DNA of 64,000 nt from Trueperaceae bacterium (lineage in GTDB: Bacteria > Deinococcota > Deinococci > Deinococcales > Trueperaceae). The stretch spans positions 1,056,001-1,120,000 of the forward strand of contig OZ243956.1 in the NCBI GenBank assembly GCA_965214405.1, given 5' to 3'. The position numbers and the translations under genes are program-made. The first letter of the stretch is position 1; each line of letters starts with the position of its first letter. The notes under the pieces were generated by a model that was not told the DNA's origin, did not search any database, and saw nothing but the letters and a program-made list of their open reading frames with translations. Positions 40,867 through 49,500 of the stretch are shown here, in pieces.

Positions 40867-40888
40867 TAGTAGGGAAATAGTAGGGAAA
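40867..40888 (+). repeat. Probable integrase arm-type sites
   Basis: TAGTAGGGAAA x2. Related GTAGTGG(G)AA x3 at 53031-53060 and TAGTAGGGAGA x2 at 53268-53289. Confidence 0.65.
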
Positions 40889-41252
40889 AAGTTGACGCTC
40901 CGGTGTCTAACCATGCAAGCTCCACCGCGTTTGAAGCTGACATTGCTGAAGGATTCGCATGAACAAGTCCTCGGTAGCTACAAATACTTACCGAGGATTT
41001 GTTCTGGCTGTCTATGACCCAAACAGATAAGCTCGAGCACCTCCTCGAAGTCCAGTGAGGAGGTATCACTTGTAACGACGTGATCGAAGAAAATGTCGAC
41101 CCAAGGCACTCAGCGCGTGGGTGGAAGTGGGCAAGCTCAAGCAAGTTCAGCGCGGCGTATACCGGTCGCTAAATTGGTTAAGGCGAGGCTACCGAATCTC
41201 GCCCTTACTAAGTGCCAGTATTTCGCTTCGTTTTTCCAGTGAGATGACCCTG

Positions 41253-43892
41253 TCAATATTCATTCGGTTGTCTTCGTGACCATGCCAAACCTCGGGAGAA
41301 ATTTCTTTGGAAAGTGAGTAACGGCGGGCAGACCTTCTCCAAACACACCGCATCGTTCGGTGCGCTCACCGAACTCGCTATAAGCCGGACATGCAACGAC
41401 CGAAGCTTCTGAGGATTGTTCAATTTCGTACATACGATTCCATCATTCGTTACGCTTAACATCTGGACTATCAAACGGCCCGAATGCGGCTCGAACTCTT
41501 CCACTCGCACCGTGACATCATGCGGTCCTATGACCCGTGCCCTACAAAACCCGTCACTTAACTCAAAGTCGGTTACCACCGGTTTAAGCCGCACCGGTAC
41601 GCTGGTCAGCGGCACCCAGTTCTGCGATCGCTTGTCCAGGCACACTTCTACGATTACGCTGTCCCGCGCGGCAGGCTGCAAAGTATGCAGGGCCTCCACT
41701 GGAAACGCCTCCTCAGGTCGTGATGCGAGACGTAACTGCACGTCAAGGTCACGGGCGTATGGGTTATGCAGCAGTAGCGCTACGCTACGTGGGCTCAGTG
41801 ACCGTAGGAATTCAAGAGGTTGTGTCGTTTCCGGCTTCACGAATTGCGAGCTGACGCAGGTCGCCCGCAAATCGAACGCCACCTCACTTTCATCATTAAG
41901 CCTAAGTTTGAGCGGAATGCGTTTTGGTTCACCGTCGGGCGTGTGAAGCGGTTTCCACCGGAACGGCGTGAAGCATCCGTCCGGCACTATCGCCCGAGCA
42001 CCTTGCGTCCTGCCCTGCACGAGAACCGGGTCGCGCGTCAAATCCCACGTCAAGTGCGGCACCACCCGAAACGGCTCGAGTTCACCGACCACCTCGTCGT
42101 TTAGGATGAACTCGCCGGCGTACTTACCGGGCGGAAGTCCAGTAACGTGAAAACCGTGCGTATGCGGAACGAACGTGTGACTCCCTAGTCGTAAACGGGT
42201 GCCCGTAGGTAGGTCATCCTCGAGCGGTACGACGATCGGCTGATCCGGTGTGAAGTACCCCGGATGGAGGTGGACGGTGACGTCATCACGGATGCGTTGC
42301 GGTTGCGTGGTGCGCGTCCACCGCACCGCAGCGTAGGGCTCGTCGATACGCCACCTGCCGACTATAAGCGGACTGCTACCGTCCCACGTGATCCGCCAAA
42401 GCGGCAGTTGCACCGGCAGTCGCTCAGCGTGCGCCACACCTTCAACGTTTGGGGGGCGTTCCGACACAAGGTAAAGTGATTTCGGGCCGTACCGCAAGTG
42501 CGTCCGGGTAATTTCGATGCCGTTCGCGCTGAACAGCCGAGCGCCAGCGTGCCAGGACCACCGGCCCAGGTTCTCCAAGTTCGCCTCGACGCCCTCTGCG
42601 GGCAGACGAAACGTGAATGACTGCCCTTGCGCTTGCGGTCTCACGTCGTATAGCTCAGCCCCGACCTGCAGCGTGAGGGTGCGGGTGATATCTGGAAGGA
42701 ACGCGTCAATGTCGATCTTGCCCTGCAAGTAGGCTTCGTCATCGCGCAGCATCAGGTGGGTGCAGGTATACGCAGCGTAACCGACGGTATCAGGGTGGAC
42801 GTGACCGTCAATGCTCAGCGGCACCCCGCGTTGCGGATTGCCGCACCACAAGTACCGCACACCCGTTTGGGTATATAGGGGAATGGACGCCTCAACGAGG
42901 TTTCCCACCTGAGCGGTAAACGGGCGGGTCGTCACGTACAGGGTGACACCTGCAACCTGCTTGAACACCCCGAGCGGCAATGCCCCGATGATGTTCAGCG
43001 AGATCCGCGCAGCTGGCGTGACGTGATGCTCCTCGCCGGTGCTGCGGTCGATATACCGACCGTAGGGCAGTCTCTCCGTTTCCGCGAGCGCACGTGCGGC
43101 GCGACGCGCGCCGGTCGGCAAGGTGATCGTATGGCCAGGGATGGTTCGCAGGTACCGCACGAACTGCGCGGGGGTACGCTGCTGCCGCAATTCACCAATG
43201 ATCTCTTGTACGGCGTGCGCGCGCTTATTCGCGAAGTACCGCAACGCGTTTGGTCGACCCAGGTCTACACCGTGCAGCTCGAGTTCCGCCTCTAACGCGT
43301 CGAGCGGTAGCCCTTCGAGTTCATTCTCGAGGATAACGTCCACCGCATGCGTCATAGAGGTGAACACCCGGTCGAAGGACGCGGCCTGCCGCAGCACGGC
43401 GTCATCAACCAAGCCAAGGATGTCTTTCATCAACGCTGGCGTGATCCGCCTCCCAGGGTGCTCGCGGTAGTACTCGATAAAGAAACTTACGAGCCTCGTC
43501 GAGTTGAGACTGCGAATTCCCCACGCTTCATCGATGGTGCGCACGAACTCTCGGCGGTAGGCGCTGCGCACTTTAAGCGCACTGGTGACCTCGTTGGATT
43601 CGAAGGCGTCCCAGAGAAGGTTGTACTGATGGTTGGTTATGGGGGCGTCCTCGAGCTGAAGCTCCTCATGGCAGCTCTTCCAAAATCTGTTTTCATCCTC
43701 GGAGAGTTCACGGTAGAAGGTGTACCCGCGGAAGAACGCCAATACCAGCACCTTGTCGTCCTTCGTCCAATAACTCCGGCACCACAAGCGCCGCACGCGT
43801 TCCTTCAAAGTGGTGTACTCCTCTTCCGAGAGGTACATGTCGATTGGCCCATCCTCCCGAACGCGCGCGATGAGATCGTTAATGAGCGACAT
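41253..43892 (-). CDS. 879-aa hypothetical protein (helical N-terminus, beta-rich remainder); gene 4 of the island operon
   Basis: Long ORF whose ATG overlaps the stop of 43879-44409. No recognisable catalytic motif. Confidence 0.85.
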   Translation of the reverse strand: MSLINDLIARVREDGPIDMYLSEEEYTTLKERVRRLWCRSYWTKDDKVLVLAFFRGYTFYRELSEDENRFWKSCHEELQLEDAPITNHQYNLLWDAFESNEVTSALKVRSAYRREFVRTIDEAWGIRSLNSTRLVSFFIEYYREHPGRRITPALMKDILGLVDDAVLRQAASFDRVFTSMTHAVDVILENELEGLPLDALEAELELHGVDLGRPNALRYFANKRAHAVQEIIGELRQQRTPAQFVRYLRTIPGHTITLPTGARRAARALAETERLPYGRYIDRSTGEEHHVTPAARISLNIIGALPLGVFKQVAGVTLYVTTRPFTAQVGNLVEASIPLYTQTGVRYLWCGNPQRGVPLSIDGHVHPDTVGYAAYTCTHLMLRDDEAYLQGKIDIDAFLPDITRTLTLQVGAELYDVRPQAQGQSFTFRLPAEGVEANLENLGRWSWHAGARLFSANGIEITRTHLRYGPKSLYLVSERPPNVEGVAHAERLPVQLPLWRITWDGSSPLIVGRWRIDEPYAAVRWTRTTQPQRIRDDVTVHLHPGYFTPDQPIVVPLEDDLPTGTRLRLGSHTFVPHTHGFHVTGLPPGKYAGEFILNDEVVGELEPFRVVPHLTWDLTRDPVLVQGRTQGARAIVPDGCFTPFRWKPLHTPDGEPKRIPLKLRLNDESEVAFDLRATCVSSQFVKPETTQPLEFLRSLSPRSVALLLHNPYARDLDVQLRLASRPEEAFPVEALHTLQPAARDSVIVEVCLDKRSQNWVPLTSVPVRLKPVVTDFELSDGFCRARVIGPHDVTVRVEEFEPHSGRLIVQMLSVTNDGIVCTKLNNPQKLRSLHVRLIASSVSAPNDAVCLEKVCPPLLTFQRNFSRGLAWSRRQPNEY

Positions 43893-44409
43893 GCTTATCC
43901 GGCGTCCTTGTCACAGTGGTCAGCTCAAGCCAACGTAGGTATACCCATTGCGCGAGCAGTAAACGCCGCACGTACGCGGCGCGTTCCTCATCAAATTCCT
44001 GCGTGAGACGCACAAGCGAATCCGCAGCCTCGATCGCCATGTCAGTTGGGTCGCCAGTCTCGATCTGGCGGGCAACATGGGGCACGAGGTCGAACATCTC
44101 GAGTTCACGTGCGAATGGCGCTACCACTTCATCTAGCCAGAATTCCGGTCGTTTTGCGAGCTCCCGCAACTCCCGAAGGTAGGAAAGGTGCTGCTCTTGG
44201 CGCGTGCGCTCTGTCTCCGTTTTTGTGGCAGTCTCGATGAGTTCGTTGCGCTGCGCTTTCACCCGCTCCAAAGCCTTTTCGAGCGTCGCGGCGTTTCGTC
44301 TCGCTTCATCGCGTTCTCGCACCGCCTCCTCGAGAAGTCGCTTTGCTTCCTTGGCTTTATCGTTCGCGATGTTCCACTGTTGTTCGTAATACCTCAGCTT
44401 TTCATCCAC
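43879..44409 (-). CDS. Coiled-coil hypothetical protein; gene 3 of the island operon
   Basis: E/K/R/A-rich heptad N-terminal half. Start and stop overlap both neighbours. Confidence 0.8.
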   Translation of the reverse strand: MDEKLRYYEQQWNIANDKAKEAKRLLEEAVRERDEARRNAATLEKALERVKAQRNELIETATKTETERTRQEQHLSYLRELRELAKRPEFWLDEVVAPFARELEMFDLVPHVARQIETGDPTDMAIEAADSLVRLTQEFDEERAAYVRRLLLAQWVYLRWLELTTVTRTPDKHVAH

Positions 44410-45159
44410 CAGCGGTCACCTCTAACCTGGGGGAGTCAAGTTGTGCGGTGAGAAAGCGCAGAATCGTTTCGTGCTTAAAGCTTTGCAGGTCGAGGTATCT
44501 TCGAACCGGCAGATTGGCAAGATCCAGCAGCAGGGGTTCGAGGCCGAGCATCAGGATACCGTCGAAAGCGTCATGGTCGAGGTCCAGCCAGTTCGTGTTG
44601 GTATCGAGCAGGGCGCTCGTCTCGCCACTAAGCACCGCTTCGTACATCGTGATGAGCCCGTGCAGGCGCACGCTTGGGGTGTCTCCGAGGAGTTCGTAGT
44701 CGATGATGAGGGTGTTCTGAAGGTCCTGAACGTCTGTGGGCACTGAGATAACCTTCGCACGCTTTTGGAGTTCCTCAAGCTCCGAGCTAAGTTCGCGATT
44801 GGTCTGTTCAAGCTGCCCGAGCGATACTTTCGTGCTGATAAGAGCAGCCTGCGCTTGGGTGAGTTCACTTTGCAGGCCATTCCGTCGATCCTGGAGGGAC
44901 TTGGTGGTCAAGACCAGCGCCTCTTGCTGTTGTTTGTGGATTGCGCTTTGTTCCGCAAGTGTCGCATCACACTCTCTAACGGTGCTTTTCAGGGTCGTGA
45001 CTTGCTGTCCGGCGTTCTGAAGGTCTTCCTTTAGTTTCTCGATTTTCTTTTGCTGGTCAGTGAAAGTTTTGGTCTGTGTCTCGAGTTGCTCTTTAAGGGT
45101 TCTCTGCGCGGCCCGCTCGCGCTCCTCTTTATCGGCCTGCCGACTGCGTTGCTTGAAGT

Positions 45160-46046
45160 AGTCCAAGAACGCATAAAAGTTTGAGTAGGTGAATAGTGTA
45201 GAGCCATGAACGATGCTAAGCTCACCAATGAGCAGTGGGAGATTCTCGAACCGCTGCTTCCGCCACAACCCTCTACCGGACGCCGCCGGGAACACGATAG
45301 AGAGGTGCTGAACAGCGTCATCTACCGGCTCAAGACGGGGGTAAGGTACAAAGACCTCCCGAGAACAGAGGCGTATGCTGCACGTAGTACCGTCTACTAC
45401 TGGCTGAGGCGCTGGACGGAAGAAGGGGTGTGGGATGAGCTTTTCCAGGAGCTTCTGGGGCTGCTTGATAAAGAAGGAAAGCTCAACCTCGGAGAAGGCG
45501 CGCTAGATGGGAGCTTTGTCCCTGCAAAAAGGGGGGCAACCGCATCGACTACGGCTACAAAGGGAAAGGCTCTACTTTAATGGTCGCCAACGAAGCCCAC
45601 GGCATTCCGGTCGCTTTGTCTCTGGCAAGCGCCAGCACCGCCGAATCAAGTGTGGCTCTTGATGTTCTTGCGAAGGTACGTGTTCCTAAAGCGGGGCGAG
45701 GGCGTCCCAAAACCCGACTTTTAGAAGTTGCTATGGACAGAGCCTACGACAGTCGTGACCTCCGGCAGTCTCTGCGGGCTCGGGGCATCCGCGCTTCCGT
45801 ACCCGAAAGAAAGAGAAGAGGCAAGCGTCGTCAGAAGGGGCCGAAGCCGAAGCTGTACCCGGCCAGCAAAAGGCGTTGGCAAGTGGAACGGGTCAATGCT
45901 TGGCAGGACAACTTCCGAGGGCTAGTAGTCCGCTACGAACGGAAAGCGGAACATTACCTTGCTTACGCCACCGTCTCGGCTATCCTCATCTGCTTGCGGG
46001 TACTACTGCATTGGTAGCTTATGCACCTAATGGGAGTTCTTAGACT
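45160..46046 (+). mobile_element. IS5-family element
   Basis: TIRs AGTCCAAGAAC and GTTCTTAGACT. Confidence 0.85.
45206..46017 (+). CDS. IS5-family transposase in two frames (-1 shift at A5G6, 45526-45536)
   Basis: LTNEQWEILEPLLP, ALDGSFVPAK, MDRAYDS and RWQVERVNAW...RYER. Confidence 0.9.
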
Positions 46047-46525
46047 GGTTCTTGGTCGCTTTGTTAGCCTCACGAATGGCGTCACTTGCGCGTTTCTGCT
46101 CTTCGTCACGCTCGTAAGTTAGCGTTTCGCAACGATGCGCGAGGGTTGCAATCAGCTGCCAAGGCACCGCGGGAGGTTCAGAGGAACTTGACCATAGCCA
46201 CGCGGTTACCCTCAGCAGCGTCGGCGTGCCCTGCGTCATGCCGTCAAGGTCCAGGTAATCCCCCACGCGATCAAGCCAGAAGTCAACCAGCCGCTCGAGA
46301 ACTTCGGGTTTGCGCTCTCGAATTTTCCCAAGATTCTCGAGAATGTCCTCTGCTGCAAACTTGCTGAGCCTTCCAACAAGAAGAAGGGCGGTCTTATCAC
46401 CTTTCTTGAATTGCCCCTTAAAGACCTGTACGAGTGACGCGGGGGGAAGACAGCTCAAGGCCCGCTCGAGCCATTCGCCTTGCTGCGGGTCGAGGAGGCG
46501 CTCCTTCCACTGTTCCCGTGGAAAG

Positions 46526-49500
46526 TCAGGCGGCTCGTTCATGATCATCTCTCTGCCGGAGGCGGCGTCGTTTAGCGAGGTAGGCGTTACCGGCGTCGTT
46601 GATGCGGTAGGTGGAGTGGTCGTTGAAGGGAGTGATGTCAACAAGTTGCTCCCGCGCGGCCCTCTCGAGCGCCCGTTCGATCTCGCGCTTCCGGATGAAG
46701 GTGAGATACCCGAAGAACGGGTTATGAACTTCATTCTTCCCGAGCACCACCGGCTTGCTCTGGGTCGGTCGTTCCGTTTCCCCTTGCAGCGCCATCACGA
46801 TCTTCATTTGCCCTAGCCCTAAGTACCCGTCGAGGTTGAACGCGCGTGAGCGGTGACTGCTCAAAAACTCCAGGAGGGTGTCAAACGGTTTGTAGACGCT
46901 TTCCAGGAGTTCATCATCAAGCGGGGGTTCTTCTTGCCAAGGTTCACTCAGGGCGGTAGGTTCATCAAGCTGGGTATCGCAAACCCCGCAGGTGTTGCAG
47001 GTTTCCGCATTCTGCTCGAATGCCTGCAAGAGCACGTCGCGCTTACAGGACGTCGCGAGGGCGTACGCCTTCATATCCGTGACGCGCTTAACAGCCTTGT
47101 CGCGCAACTCCCGCTGCCGATTGCTGAAGTTCACCATGCCAGTAAACGCCTTGTGCAGCTCGGTGGGTAAGCTGAATTCGATAGCCGCTTCACGCGCAGC
47201 GTACACGCGGATGCCGCGGTTGCGACGCAGCTCATAAAGGAACGAACTCAGTTCTTCCGCCCGTTCGGATGAAAGGGAGCTAAGGTCTAGCTCGTCCCCC
47301 TCGAGTTTCGCGGCGAACCCTAGCTCCCGCAAGGTTTCAAGGTGAGGCTCGAGTGATTCAGGGTTCTCGGCGAGCACGAACACCTTACCGATTCGGTACG
47401 AGAACGCCAGCACCCCAGCCTCCTGCAGGGAGTTCACGAGCGACGCGAAGCGCTCCTCGAGGAGCGGCTTTTGGTTCTCGGTAAATTTCTCGTTGACAAG
47501 TGCCACGACATCCCGCGCGTACATTGACGGTCGGTGGGTCTGCTCGAGGAGGACCGTGAGTAGAGCGTTGGCGTGCTCAGGGTCGCTCTTGGAGGATGCG
47601 GCGAGCCATTCGACGGTTCGCCAGTCGCTGGTGTTGTGCATCAACACGGCAAAGGCGGGTTTGCCGTCACGTCCCGCGCGCCCCGCTTCTTGAATGTACG
47701 CCGCTAGACTGGTGGGGGGCTGAAAATGCACGACCGCGCGGACGTTGGCTTTATCGATACCCATCCCGAAAGCGTTGGTGGCGATGATGACTTTAACGTT
47801 CCCGTTCATGAAGTTTTCTTGCACTTCGTTTCGGATCACGCCTGAGAGCCCCGCGTGGTACGCCTCCGCCTGATAACGAAGCTCTCGCAACGCCCACGCG
47901 AGTCGTTCGGTCTGCTTGCGGCTGGAGGTGTAAATGATGACACTGTCGCCCTTGTGGTGACTTTCGACGTAGTTGAGAATTTGCACGATCGTCCGGAGTT
48001 TCTCAATATCGTTCAAGCGGTACGTAAAGTAGCTGAGGTTCGGCCGGTCGTAACTCGTGCCGACTTTTACTGGGTCGTTAAGTTTCAGGTTGTCACGCAG
48101 TTCGGTGCAGACGTCCGGGGTGGCGGTGGCAGTGAGGGCGCTGACCGGCAGGTTCGGGATGATCTCTTCGAGTTTGTTCGCCACCTGCAGGTAATCTGGT
48201 CGGAAGTCGTGCCCCCAGGAGGCAAGGCAGTGCGCCTCATCGAGCACCAGCCGGTGCAGCCGTCCAGCTTCCGTGAGTTCCATCAGCAGATAAGCAAGTT
48301 CGGAACTCCGGTTGACACGTTCCGGACTGACGTAGAGCAAGTTGATACGACCTGCGCGTACCTCATCGAGAATCGAGCGTTGCTCCGCTCCGGAGATGAG
48401 CGAGTGAAGCGCGGCCGCGGGAAGGCCTTTCTGCTGCAATACCTCTACCTGGTCACGCATCAAGGCAATGAGGGGTGACACCACCAGCGTCAGTCCACCT
48501 TGCAAGAACGCCGGGATCTGAAACGTGAGGCTCTTGCCGTACCCGGTGGGGAGAAGCACCATCGCGTCGCGGCCAGCAAGCGACGCGTTGATCGCTTCCC
48601 ACTGCTCATTTTTGATTCGCTTAACCTCCCAGAACCTCAAGGCCAGCTCGCGAACTTTCTCCTCGATGGGCTTGTCGCTCGCCCGTAAATCCATGAGGTA
48701 CTGCTGTGTTTCATCAACGAGTTCTTCACTCGGGAGGTCGTCAGGGTTTACTTCCAGTACGTTTGCAAGATAACGGTAGAAGTCCGCACGCCCGTCTGCC
48801 TCATGAACGTTTACACCTTTCGGTAAAGACGCGAGGAACAACAGCTGATAGCTGGCGCTAAGAAGTCGTTTGTCCCACAGCACGAACGCACCGGCGCGAG
48901 CCTTCTCGCGGTCGTCACGGATGAGTCGACCGAACGCCTGCACGAACGTGAGGAGTGCTCGCGGGAGATACACGTCCTTCCACGGGTCGAAACCGCGTCG
49001 TTCCGCCATGTCCTGACGAGCCTGCAGCAATGCGGTAGGGACAGGAAACGGGATGCGCTCGAGGTTCACGAGTTTAAGGTCGGCGAAGTCAACGCCTTCC
49101 ATATACGCACGCGTACCGAGCGCACTCGCGGGGCCGTCTGCTTTCATGCTCTCCGCAACGTCCTCTCGCTCACGGCGTGTCAGCGGCACGTACAGATGCG
49201 GGAGTTTACCCAAGAACTCTCCCGCTTGCTTCATACGCGTGGTGGAGGTGAACAATGTCAAGCTGCGGTGCGCGGGCGGCAGGAGCGCCTCGAGTTCATG
49301 GTGGTAAAGCGGTTGGAAGCGAAACAGGTTACTGGTACGGGCTTCCGGAAGGTGGCTCGGCACCACCAGATGCGCCCGGTCATACGGCAGGGTGCCCGGC
49401 AGAACCATTTTGCTTGGGTTCTCGAGACCCAGCACCCGCGTGATATATCTGAAATCATCATTGAGTGACAGCGTCGCGCTGGTGATGGTGACGCTGCTGG

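Larger units (their letters stand above)
44402..46548 (-). pseudogene. About 419-aa coiled-coil protein split by IS5; gene 2 of the island operon
   Basis: Removing 45160-46046 joins ...EANKATKN to (H/Y)FKQRSRQADKEERE in frame (502+758 = 1260 nt). The start overlaps the helicase stop. Confidence 0.85.

Noticed and set aside
40140..41250. Short ORFs on either side of the left att site (e.g. 40242-40544, 40866-41144)
   Set aside because: No RBS or motif support. They are probably decayed remnants and cannot be assigned as a fifth gene of the operon.
44402..45295. 297-aa ORF and the 235-aa ORF 46027-46734 as independent genes
   Set aside because: They are two halves of one IS5-split gene, extended by IS antisense sequence and by overlap with the helicase.
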